Positions 9,528 to 18,215 of a stretch of 64,000 bases of DNA are shown in pieces. The notes beneath the pieces are model-generated. The model saw only the letters and a program-made list of their open reading frames with translations, was not told the DNA's origin and did not search any database. Within the stretch, counting starts at the first letter, position 1. Each line of letters starts with the position of its first letter. The stretch covers positions 47,186-111,185 of the forward strand of contig JBAWZC010000002.1 of assembly GCA_037143235.1 (NCBI GenBank). The letters run 5' to 3'. This DNA is from Candidatus Berkelbacteria bacterium. GTDB lineage: Bacteria > Patescibacteriota > UBA1384 > XYA2-FULL-43-10 > 1-14-0-10-43-13. Both the position numbers and the translations under genes were made by a program.

Positions 9528-10052
9528 TTATCTTGTGTAAGTTTTCAGCCCAATCGTTGCTGACATACCGGTGTCAGTTGATGACATCGTGATATTATCG
9601 ATAGTCATAAACTTAACATCTTTTTCGATAGACTTGACCAATGCGTTGATCGCCTCGAACGAACCATTGACGGTGAAGCCAAGAGTTACGGCGTCACTTG
9701 AAGCTGTAGCATCAGCACTAGCAGTTTCGCCAGATATTTGGATGGACGGTATGACAAGCTTTTGAGCAGAAGCCAAAGCCTCAATCTCAGCAATAGTATT
9801 TTCGGTATCAGATCCCTGGGCAACCGCGACCAAAGTGTTCGTAACCAGATCTTTGTTGTTGGCAATCGCAGCCTTGGTCTGAACCAAAGAATTGTATTTA
9901 TCTTGAGCCATTTTCACTTCATCGCTAATCCGATCAATATCTGCAGCCTTTGACTTATAGCCGCCAAAGCCAGAAACATAACAGTAAGCCCATGAAGCCA
10001 CGATGATCAAGACAGCAAAGACGATCGAAAAATAAGAATTATCGCGTTTCAT
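9528..10052 (-). CDS. pilO: PilO-like alignment protein
   Basis: TM plus coiled coil plus V.GSF..I..LVKSIEK..KFMTIDNI pattern; operon context. Confidence 0.75.
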   Translation of the reverse strand: MKRDNSYFSIVFAVLIIVASWAYCYVSGFGGYKSKAADIDRISDEVKMAQDKYNSLVQTKAAIANNKDLVTNTLVAVAQGSDTENTIAEIEALASAQKLVIPSIQISGETASADATASSDAVTLGFTVNGSFEAINALVKSIEKDVKFMTIDNITMSSTDTGMSATIGLKTYTR

Positions 10053-10711
10053 ATTGCCTCCCCTGTCGCAAAGCTAGCTTTGCCGCTAATAGTAAATTTA
10101 AAGGAACTATTCTTGCCTTCAAGATCGTTACTGACCGAACCGATAGTAACTCCAGACAACTTATTCCAAGTCATCAAGGTCAGTGATTCATCAGCAATCG
10201 AACGATAATTCTTGGTCACACCGTCAAAGCTAAAGGTACCATCAGATGCCAAGGCCAGATTTTTTACCTGTATGCTAGAATTGACCTTGAGATAAAAACC
10301 ATCAAGAAATGTCCCGACTGAGACCGTTTTGTTGTTGGCATCGATCAGTTTGGTCGCAGCCAATTTAAAATCTTTGGCTTGCTTTTCAACTGCAGCATAG
10401 TCTGAACTGTTGATACTTTGAACGACATCGTTTCTCTCGTTTGTTTTGGCAGCGATATCTTGATCAAGGGACCTATTCATAAAATAAAGACCGCCAACGA
10501 CAACAAGAGAAAAAGCAGTAGTTATCCACAGGATGATGACCGGCCAATTGGTCGATTCCTTACTAACCTCGAACTGCAAATCTTCCAAGACACTATCTTT
10601 GCTCGATGTTGTCTTTTTTTCAGGAATAGGCATCGGCGAAGTTGTGTTTGGTTTGCTATTATCGCTACCAAAACTGCTACCGAAGCCACCATTGTTTTTT
10701 TCTGGTTCCAT
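10049..10711 (-). CDS. PilN-like alignment protein
   Basis: TM plus coiled coil plus ferredoxin-like tail; overlaps pilO start by 4 nt. Confidence 0.65.
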   Translation of the reverse strand: MEPEKNNGGFGSSFGSDNSKPNTTSPMPIPEKKTTSSKDSVLEDLQFEVSKESTNWPVIILWITTAFSLVVVGGLYFMNRSLDQDIAAKTNERNDVVQSINSSDYAAVEKQAKDFKLAATKLIDANNKTVSVGTFLDGFYLKVNSSIQVKNLALASDGTFSFDGVTKNYRSIADESLTLMTWNKLSGVTIGSVSNDLEGKNSSFKFTISGKASFATGEAI

Positions 10712-10992
10712 ATTACCCTCCAGAGTAATCCATAAATATGCTTAATATTATTGTATAATACATTAAAGCTAATGACAAGCGAACGCTATTTATTCATTTA
10801 ATCATTTGATCAATTAGTCATTTATTTCACTATTTGAACACCAAATTTATTGTTTCTGTGATTTGGTCCGTTTTTCTCCCGACTAACTCCTGCCTGCCCC
10901 GAGTAACCCTGCCGTGCCATCCGTAATTTTAATGAAGGATAGGCGAAGTGGGATCTCCTGTCTTCTGTCTCCTGACTCTTAGCTGCTATCTC

Positions 10993-12168
10993 CTAGTTAG
11001 TATTTCCCACTTCCCCGCTACTAAGTCCTGAAATATTTCTAAATCCTGGCGGCTGCAAGCTATCAAGCTTCGTGTCGTACAAGATTTGGATGTTGTTTTT
11101 GACAGGAAAATCGAAAGAATTCGCTATATAGAATCCAGTCAATTTATTATTATTATAGATTTTAATCGTCCCACCAGCGCCATAGGCACTACTCTTGATC
11201 GCCATGATTGGCGCTTTTATCTCACAACCAGCCTCTATAGTCACATCACCGTAGACAATAAAACCGAGCGCAGCTGTTGACGAAGTCGGTAAAATTTTTG
11301 AGCCAGTCCTGAACCTCATATTACCATTCACAATGATTATACCCTGACCAGAATAATTTTTTTCAATATTTTTAAGATTAGGAGCAATTGACGACGAATT
11401 TATCACAACATCGCCATCCACTGTCCAAACCTTTCCCTCTGGATATTTGAAAGTCTCATCAGCAGAGCTAGGGAGTGAAATTGTTTTTTTCTGCAATTCC
11501 CACGGACCAGTAGAGATCGCTGCAAGATTCGTAAGATCTATATCAGCCCCTTCTCCTTTTAGAGTATTAATCTTAGCCACATTTGCATCGTCATCCTTCC
11601 CGTTCCAATACGCCATTGATTTTGAGTCAATGTTATAACTGCCCATGCCCCAAGTTTCGCCATTGCTGCCGTTAGGAGTAATACTGTTTCTCGACTGCGC
11701 CAAAGCTTTGCCCCAATAAGTGAAATTACTATAATCAGTCGAGTAAGTATCCCCGATCACATTGATACCGCCGAGAAAAAGTGCCGGCAACTCATACATC
11801 ACAGTCCCACCGACCGTGGTGCGACTGGTCATCAGTCGTGTTGAACTACTAATGTTCCCGCCTGTCCCATTAGATCCCGTGCCAATGATAAAACAAACAG
11901 GTGAGGCATTGATCAAAATTCCACAATCGTCATCGGTCAATCTTGTAGTATCAAATCCATAACTTGAGTTCGGTTCACCATTGAAAATGGCATAGTTCCC
12001 CGTCATCCCGCCATAATATGTATTTCCCCCACTCACCACCGTTGTCTGCCCGACCATCATATCGGGCAAGACCGACTCAGCGAAAACTTGAAAAGGAAAA
12101 ACAAAAACAAACGCGACAAGGCCAATCGCCGTGAAAGAAACTAAGATTTTAGAATACATTTTTCGCAT
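10993..12168 (-). CDS. Secreted/membrane-anchored hypothetical protein (beta-helix-like C-terminus, PilX-like)
   Basis: N-terminal hydrophobic segment; repeated G.IIVNG/FIVYGDVTI strands. Confidence 0.7.
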   Translation of the reverse strand: MRKMYSKILVSFTAIGLVAFVFVFPFQVFAESVLPDMMVGQTTVVSGGNTYYGGMTGNYAIFNGEPNSSYGFDTTRLTDDDCGILINASPVCFIIGTGSNGTGGNISSSTRLMTSRTTVGGTVMYELPALFLGGINVIGDTYSTDYSNFTYWGKALAQSRNSITPNGSNGETWGMGSYNIDSKSMAYWNGKDDDANVAKINTLKGEGADIDLTNLAAISTGPWELQKKTISLPSSADETFKYPEGKVWTVDGDVVINSSSIAPNLKNIEKNYSGQGIIIVNGNMRFRTGSKILPTSSTAALGFIVYGDVTIEAGCEIKAPIMAIKSSAYGAGGTIKIYNNNKLTGFYIANSFDFPVKNNIQILYDTKLDSLQPPGFRNISGLSSGEVGNTN

Positions 12169-12186
12169 AAAATTGTTTAATACTTA

Positions 12187-12314
12187 CAAGCTGAAGCTTG
12201 ATCTACTTAATTCCCGTAGCCCACGCTTTAGAGTGTTGCTCCACAAGCTGAAGCTTGATCTACGGGGCGATTTTGTCATTGCGAGCCATCGGGTTTTCCG
12301 AGGCGCGGCAATCT
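12187..12314. repeat. REP triplet plus GTCATTGCGAG-family element
   Basis: REPs at 12187-12206 (inv), 12216-12235, 12244-12263 (inv); 12275-12314. Confidence 0.8.
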
Positions 12315-12315
12315 A

Positions 12316-14028
12316 TCATTCCACCCTACACTGATACGACACGGTCGCCTTGTGAGTAGTGGCGTTCTGGGGAATATCGGAAAAAGTGACCTGACTACTT
12401 AATGCGGGGAAAGTTGCAGCCGCGCCAAATTCAGAACCGTTTACACCCCTACAAATATGCGCATTCGCTCCCTTTGTTACCAAATATTCGTCCGTCAAGG
12501 TATCTAGCGTCCCCGTCATATTTGAGATCTCAATCTTCACTATTATTACATCACCCATCTGTAAAGAATAAGGATTAAACGGAGTTGTCGCTGCAGGAAC
12601 ACCGTTTCGACTCACTGGCTCAAGTGTTTTCTTGATCGAAAGCCCCGCTGGCTTGCCATTGATGACGATAATACCGCCACCACCAGGAGCATCATATTCT
12701 CTTGTGAAAGCCGAACTACCCCCATTAGCTGTAATATTTGCCGCAGCAGTAGGGACTGTATTTTTCCCTAAAACATCGTTATCTGTGCCAGCAATAGTCT
12801 TAGGATTGCCAACTTGACTTGACAACTCTTGACGAATAACATTGCTAATTGTGACAGAGCCAGCCCCCGCATTCGCAGGAGAATCATCAACTACGCCGGC
12901 GCCAGCCAACACAGCGCCACTGGTTAGAGTTCCAGTAAGATTAATGCTAATTGTTCCTCCTGCTCCACCGCCACCAGATGATTGTGAGTCTCCACAACTC
13001 CCACCATTTCCAGCAGCTCCGTCTGCAGAAATAAACGAATTAGCCGAAACACTTAATCTATTGGCACTAAGAAATATCTTCCCGCCGCCAGCACCACCAT
13101 AAGCGGAGCCAATACAATCCCAACCAGGAGCATAGCTTGCGCTACCACCACCAGATCCAAAATCAACCGGAGGAGAAACCAAATCATATGTGCCCCCGCC
13201 GACAGCTTTCATATAATCGCTGACCTTGTAAGGATAATCATCTTTATATGTAGTAGATCCACCTTTTCCACCATGGCCACCACCAGAAGCGAACATAGCA
13301 TTTGGATTAAAATTATATCCCGGAACAACCACCGGAGGTTGACCTCCTCCCAAACCATAGCCATCAGGATGTGGTTGAGCTCCTTCTTGGGGTACTTGCT
13401 TGTCACCTCCTGGATACCCCTTGCCGTCAACATCAATCCTACTACTTCCGTATATAGCAATAGTACCACTTACCACAAAATCAACTTTTTTCCAGCGACC
13501 TGTGCCAGTCGTTTGACTGATTGATTTCGCATATACGTTGCCGCTGCCACCAGTAGCCTCCATGTCGGACCGATTTATCGCACTATGTGTTAAAATTGCG
13601 CCATTTTTCAATTCCAAACTATCGAAATGTCTTTGAGTATCACAGGAAGAATCTTGAGTATCGGTATAATCATCGACTTCATCTGGATGATTGTAACATT
13701 CAGTAATTGCACCAGTGACATTATGTTTGACCTTTACTGCATCAGCATAAACTATCGCTTTACCCTCAGGAGCATCCACGCCGTCGATAACAATATTTTT
13801 CCTCTCACAATCAGCAGGAATACCACCCATGTCGTCGTGGCCAGTGACATATTTAATAGTGCATGTTTTCCCATCTCCACTGTAAACGACTTGCGCCAAT
13901 GTCTTCTTCGTCCCCTGACTAACCAAGACTAGAGAGAAAGAAACAAGCAAGATCGCAAGAGCGCCAAAAGAATAAAGACGAATCTTGTGCTGACGAGCAA
14001 AGAACTGTTTGATCGATACTTTAGCCAT
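12316..14028 (-). CDS. Glycine-rich surface protein
   Basis: N-terminal TM; GGGHGG, GSGGG, GGAGGG, GGGGAGG motifs; start at ATG 14028 after GGAGGG. Confidence 0.75.
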   Translation of the reverse strand: MAKVSIKQFFARQHKIRLYSFGALAILLVSFSLVLVSQGTKKTLAQVVYSGDGKTCTIKYVTGHDDMGGIPADCERKNIVIDGVDAPEGKAIVYADAVKVKHNVTGAITECYNHPDEVDDYTDTQDSSCDTQRHFDSLELKNGAILTHSAINRSDMEATGGSGNVYAKSISQTTGTGRWKKVDFVVSGTIAIYGSSRIDVDGKGYPGGDKQVPQEGAQPHPDGYGLGGGQPPVVVPGYNFNPNAMFASGGGHGGKGGSTTYKDDYPYKVSDYMKAVGGGTYDLVSPPVDFGSGGGSASYAPGWDCIGSAYGGAGGGKIFLSANRLSVSANSFISADGAAGNGGSCGDSQSSGGGGAGGTISINLTGTLTSGAVLAGAGVVDDSPANAGAGSVTISNVIRQELSSQVGNPKTIAGTDNDVLGKNTVPTAAANITANGGSSAFTREYDAPGGGGIIVINGKPAGLSIKKTLEPVSRNGVPAATTPFNPYSLQMGDVIIVKIEISNMTGTLDTLTDEYLVTKGANAHICRGVNGSEFGAAATFPALSSQVTFSDIPQNATTHKATVSYQCRVE

Positions 14029-14227
14029 AGAACCCTCCGAATATATATCAAGTTTATTATACAAAAAATCCCCGAAAATCCTTCACTTATTATTATAGTT
14101 GTATTAGCAAAACCATGTCAACTATTTGGCGGCAAGCCAGTAAACTAGACAGCTGGCAAGTGTTTGAGTGTTTAAGTGTTTAAGTGTTTAAGCTGGTAAG
14201 CGTTTAAGATTGCGAAAGAAAACAACT

Positions 14228-14298
14228 GTCATTCCCGCGCAGGCGGGAATCTACCAAAAGGTTTACTGTTTGTGGATTCCCGCCTGCGCGGGAATGAC
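14228..14298. repeat. GTCATTCCCGCGCAGGCGGGAATC inverted pair
   Basis: 14228-14252 and inverted 14274-14298; same family at 22306-22398 and 18270-18297. Confidence 0.85.
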
Positions 14299-14411
14299 AA
14301 ATGAATCGGGAGAGACATTTTTTTTATTCTTCGAGCGAGTTTGACGAGTCGAGAAGTATCAGACTGTTCTCCTCAAGCTCGAACCATAGCTATTGAGATG
14401 ACCGATATTAT

Positions 14412-15695
14412 CTATTGCCTGATCTCGTACCTTGGTTTGCCAAAAGGAATGCGATCAGGTGCGGACTGACGAGAGGTGAACATCGAAGCACTACAAACCG
14501 TATCCGCACCATAAATATCGTTGATCTTGTCCTGTGCCTTAGAAATGCCAGCTATTTTCCCCAAATCATCAAATATACTCAACTGTGAGGCTTTGCTGCT
14601 CGATAAATTAAAGAAGGAGATCGCCAGATGGATCGGCCGACTTTCAAATTTACAGTCAAGGAGAAGGTATTTCAGTTTTTCCCAAGCCGTAGCATCGTCA
14701 CAAAAAGGGACAAATTTTTTGCTGATATGAAAATTACTATGATCGAGAAATGAGATCGAGGCCATCAAGCCTCCTGCCAAAAAATTCCCCGCTCGCAGCC
14801 GATAGCTTGCTTTGAAAATTAACTTTCGCAGGATAGCCATCGCCCCTTCGCGAGTACGAAACTCTGGCGCTAGCACATGCGAGTGCCCAATCGTCTTAGT
14901 GGTCGTCAAATCCATTCGCGGAGAGCTGGTCGAATCTACCTGTGGTGAGCTTGTCGAATCCATCCATGGTGAGCCTGTCGAATCCACCTCATACCCCCGC
15001 AAACGAAAATACCAAGCCCTGCCACAATGTTTTAACCTCTGAGTCATTTCCCCCGCCGACAGATGAAATAATTGAAGCGGGGAAATTACGCCCAGACGAT
15101 TTAGCTGCGCTTCCATCCGCACATTGATACCAGTCAGATCAGTTAATTTGAGCTTGGAATAAAAATCTTCAAGTTCGTTTAATCGCACGATTGTAAAACC
15201 ATCTGGTTTTTGCCGCTCGGCTGCCATCTTGGCCAAGAATTTTGACGGACCCACGCCGACCGAGCAGCGCAAGCTATCCCCCACCTCGTCACGAATTTTT
15301 TTCTTTAATTTCGCAGCTATCTGTCTCGCCACCACTTCGTTTTGCTCGCATCGATCCAACTTCAGGGCAAATTCATCGACACTACACACCTCGAAATATG
15401 GCGTGACCGACTCGATCACCTTTTTTATCTTCTGGTGATAAGAAATATAGAGCGCTGGTCTCGCTTCGACAATTTCGATCTGTGGACAAAGCCTTTTAGC
15501 CTGTTCGTTTCGACAAATCCGCACACCCATCGCCTTGGCCTCATAGGAGGCAGCGATGATGCAACCAGATGGACCAGTGTACGGAGACACACCGATCGGC
15601 TGCCCCCTCAACTCTGGCCGAACCTGCTGTTCGACCGACGCAAAAAAAGAGTTCATATCAAGAAAAAGAGTTGAAAAATCTTTTGGTGGTTGCAT
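14412..15695 (-). CDS. dinB: Y-family DNA polymerase IV-like
   Basis: FLDMNSFFASVEQ, AASYEAK, SVDEF, KFLAKMA..QKPDG; ATG 15695 sits 6 nt after TATGAT. Confidence 0.92.
   Translation of the reverse strand: MQPPKDFSTLFLDMNSFFASVEQQVRPELRGQPIGVSPYTGPSGCIIAASYEAKAMGVRICRNEQAKRLCPQIEIVEARPALYISYHQKIKKVIESVTPYFEVCSVDEFALKLDRCEQNEVVARQIAAKLKKKIRDEVGDSLRCSVGVGPSKFLAKMAAERQKPDGFTIVRLNELEDFYSKLKLTDLTGINVRMEAQLNRLGVISPLQLFHLSAGEMTQRLKHCGRAWYFRLRGYEVDSTGSPWMDSTSSPQVDSTSSPRMDLTTTKTIGHSHVLAPEFRTREGAMAILRKLIFKASYRLRAGNFLAGGLMASISFLDHSNFHISKKFVPFCDDATAWEKLKYLLLDCKFESRPIHLAISFFNLSSSKASQLSIFDDLGKIAGISKAQDKINDIYGADTVCSASMFTSRQSAPDRIPFGKPRYEIRQ
14909..14980. repeat. 3 x 24-bp in-frame tandem repeat inside dinB
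   Basis: Units AATCYA..GGWGAGCYKGTCG encode DSTGSPWM/DSTSSPQV/DSTSSPRM. Confidence 0.85.
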
Positions 15696-15769
15696 AACAC
15701 CATCATACATCAAAAATCGAACAAATACCGAACATTTATCCACAACTCACCACCTGCCCACCGCTATCA

Positions 15770-15795
15770 AAACACCTCAGACACCTGAGGTGTTT
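15770..15795. repeat. AAACACCTCA-N6-TGAGGTGTTT palindrome family
   Basis: Also at 17673-17710, 40019-40044, 42434-42459. Confidence 0.8.
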
Positions 15796-15822
15796 ATTAG
15801 ACAAAGTACATATCGATTAGTC

Positions 15823-16170
15823 TTATTCTTTTTTATAGCCTGGAGATGATTCGATATTCTGGCCACGATATAAATCACGAAGCATACTAGAAGCCACAGT
15901 CAGCACACCGGTATATCGCGACACAGGTCTTGACAATGATTCCTCATCGAGCTCATCGGCTTTCGAGAGCAATGCTACCCGGTATTCCGCGTTTGTTTGT
16001 CCAGGATTTATATCCTTCAATTCCCTTGCTAACCTCATCGCCACTACGCGACCTTCTTGCGCAACTTGTTTTCGATCTTCATCTTCATTCAAATATCGCG
16101 AGTCAATCATATTTTTGCTTACCCCGTCACCCAAAAATTTGCCACCAATCGGGCTACCTTCCCTGAACAT
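15823..16170 (-). CDS. Hypothetical protein
   Basis: 115-aa ORF with AGGGGG SD. Confidence 0.6.
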   Translation of the reverse strand: MFREGSPIGGKFLGDGVSKNMIDSRYLNEDEDRKQVAQEGRVVAMRLARELKDINPGQTNAEYRVALLSKADELDEESLSRPVSRYTGVLTVASSMLRDLYRGQNIESSPGYKKE

Positions 16171-16472
16171 ATTACCCCCTTTAAATATTATCTTTTTAAA
16201 TTATATTAACGCATTGATCAGAACAAGAGCTATGATCGATCCCAGAATGCATATCTATTTACTTTAATTTTAACCTATTTTGGGTGTTTTGGGCAAAATC
16301 TTCGTTGTCATAAATATTAACCTCTCCCGTAGTGATTTCCTTATCCTCGCTGAAGACAAGGTCGCTCTCGCAAATTTGCAAACAACTTAATAAATTCGAA
16401 CCTGTTAAATTGAAGGACTACCCACAACTTCAAGCGGTTGATATGCAAACAAAAGCAAAGTATCATTGAATT

Positions 16473-16727
16473 ATGAATCATATTTTAACAATAATTTTTG
16501 GTTTTTGGTTTACGGGCTGTTTCATTTTAATTATTCCCTGGGCAGCATTCTCGTTTTATACAGGACATTGGAGTGGATGGCGGGGCGAAGGATATAAAAA
16601 TACAAACGCGCCAGACTGGACTCTAACAGTACATCAGTTGTTAGAGTTTTGGTTTTATCTCCCGATGACAATTATTACATCCCCATTTGTTTTTATCGGC
16701 TGGTTGCTTAATAAAATATATAAATAA
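16473..16727 (+). CDS. Small membrane protein
   Basis: Two hydrophobic segments; first gene of a tightly packed + strand islet. Confidence 0.65.
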   Translation: MNHILTIIFGFWFTGCFILIIPWAAFSFYTGHWSGWRGEGYKNTNAPDWTLTVHQLLEFWFYLPMTIITSPFVFIGWLLNKIYK

Positions 16728-16901
16728 ATGAAATACGAATTTTTAACAGTGGAAGAAACAGCGAAAATTCTCAAGGTTACTAAGATGACCATTTATCGCT
16801 ATATCAAGGCTGGCAAGCTGACGGCTTATAAAGTTGGTAAAGATTTTAGGATAAACAAAGAAGAATTTGATAAGTTTTTAAATGAAATACGAAAGGGATA
16901 A
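16728..16901 (+). CDS. Excisionase-family (HTH_17/MerR-like) DNA-binding protein
   Basis: Manual translation, 57 aa: MKYEFLTVEETAKILKVTKMTIYRYIKAGKLTAYKVGKDFRINKEEFDKFLNEIRKG. Not in the ORF track. Confidence 0.88.
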   Translation: MKYEFLTVEETAKILKVTKMTIYRYIKAGKLTAYKVGKDFRINKEEFDKFLNEIRKG

Positions 16902-16904
16902 TTT

Positions 16905-17339
16905 ATGGATACATTATTTTTGATTATTACAGCACTTGGGGCTTTGGTTATTGGTATTCCATTGCTAATCTTTGTTTTAATCCCTTTGTGGTATATATGC
17001 ATTCCAATTATATTTACTATTCTACTTGGCTGGATTGGTTTATTTTTCGGAATTGGATTGGTGACTGTAATCTTCTGTGTTAAATGGATATTAACCGATA
17101 ATAACGACAAAGAAAAAGCACCGACAAAAAAGGAAGATAAACCAGATTCCAAAAAAGCATTTTTAGCTTTTATTACGGTATTCAGTATTTGGGGATTATC
17201 AAATTGGCTCTTCACTGATATTTTAGTACGACTTCACGGAACAAATAACGATTCAGACGGTTTGCTAATAATTATTTTTATGGCAGTGTCTGGCTTTGCC
17301 AGCTATAAGGTTGGGCAAAAAATGATAGAGGCCAAATAG
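16905..17339 (+). CDS. Membrane protein
   Basis: About 4 TM segments. Confidence 0.7.
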   Translation: MDTLFLIITALGALVIGIPLLIFVLIPLWYICIPIIFTILLGWIGLFFGIGLVTVIFCVKWILTDNNDKEKAPTKKEDKPDSKKAFLAFITVFSIWGLSNWLFTDILVRLHGTNNDSDGLLIIIFMAVSGFASYKVGQKMIEAK

Positions 17340-17343
17340 CAGA

Positions 17344-17655
17344 ATGAAATCAATTATTCTTGCCAGAGTATCAACAGAAGACCAAAAAGAGGCTGGCAAT
17401 TCATTGCCCACTCAAATTAAGCGTCTGAAAGATTATTGCAAAAGAAAAGATTTGGAGGTTATCAAAAAATTCAGCTTTGACGAATCAGCCTATAAAACCA
17501 AAAGAGATAAGTTCGATCGTATTCTTGAGTATCCGAAAGGCAACAAAGTAAAGATTGCTGTTTGCTTTGATAAGGTTGATTACTTTTCTAGAGCACCTGG
17601 GGACGCTCCCCAATTAGATACGGTTTTTGCAATAAGAAAATTTCTCAGAGAATAA
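17344..17655 (+). pseudogene. Truncated serine recombinase (catalytic domain remnant)
   Basis: ILARVSTEDQ with catalytic Ser; D(R>Y)FSR motif, then ends at 103 aa. Confidence 0.8.
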
Positions 17656-17708
17656 CTCGATCAGTTGACCATCAAAACAAACACCTCACATGTATGAGGT
17701 GTTTGTTT

Positions 17709-17940
17709 TGGCAGAGGCAAGAGGAATCGAACCCCTAATAAAGGTTTTGCCTGTCCTCCGTAGCATTAAATCAATTTTGGCAGGCCTTAGAGGAGTCGGA
17801 CCTCTGACTAAGGTTTTGGAGACCTTCGTTATACCGCTTAACTAAAGGCCTATCAAAATTGATTTGAGAAGGAGGAGAGACCTCCAGCCTACACTTCAAG
17901 CTACGGCCGGCAAGCCGTTATACCATTTAACTATACCCCT
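17709..17940 (-). tRNA. Outer tRNA-Trp(CCA) split by two insertions (pieces 17940-17916, 17884-17877, 17749-17709)
   Basis: Joined pieces give the 74-nt AGGGGTATAGTTAAATGGTATAACGGAGGTCTCCAAAACCTTTATTAGGGGTTCGATTCCTCTTGCCTCTGCCA; acceptor, anticodon and T stems pair (some G-U); canonical position after rpmG. Confidence 0.8.
17778..17851 (-). tRNA. Inner intact tRNA-Trp(CCA)
   Basis: AGGCCTT/AAGGCCT acceptor, AAGGT-CTCCAAA-ACCTT anticodon arm, AGAGG/CCTCT T stem, encoded CCA; 74 nt. Confidence 0.92.
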
Positions 17941-18047
17941 AAAGACAAGCAATAAGCTTGCAAGCAGTAAGAATTAAGCTGAATACACTTAAACACTTAC
18001 CGGATTACTTGCCACAAAGTGGCCCCTTTGGGGCTTACCAGCCTGTC

Positions 18048-18215
18048 TTACTTTGTTTCTTTGTGATTGGTGCGAACTTTGCAAGTTTTGCAATACTTTG
18101 GCAGTTCGATCCGCTTGATAACGTCTTGCCCCTTCATACGCTTCTCAGTATGGTAACCTCTGCTTTTGCATGTTTCACATTCCAATGTGATCAATTTTCT
18201 AGCTTCCTTGGCCAT
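18048..18215 (-). CDS. rpmG: 50S ribosomal protein L33 (zinc-ribbon type)
   Basis: Manual translation MAKEARKLITLECETCKSRGYHTEK...ELPKYCKTCKVRTNHKETK, 55 aa. Not in the ORF track. Confidence 0.95.
   Translation of the reverse strand: MAKEARKLITLECETCKSRGYHTEKRMKGQDVIKRIELPKYCKTCKVRTNHKETK

Noticed and set aside
15736-15744. Replication origin
   Set aside because: A single DnaA box with no cluster, and no dnaA/dnaN nearby.
16170-16472. att-site duplication of the tRNA-Trp 3' end bounding the islet
   Set aside because: No copy of the tRNA 3' sequence was found by eye, so the islet's left boundary is undefined.
17778-17851. Recoded UGA (genetic code 4/25) suppressor tRNA
   Set aside because: Both anticodons are CCA, and TGA ends genes normally (e.g. 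holB, murC, murB).
17750-17915. Group I/II or archaeal BHB introns in tRNA-Trp
   Set aside because: The insertions are 31 and 127 nt, the larger mostly filled by a tRNA, with no ribozyme core. They are in opposite orientations, and I could not draw a canonical bulge-helix-bulge.
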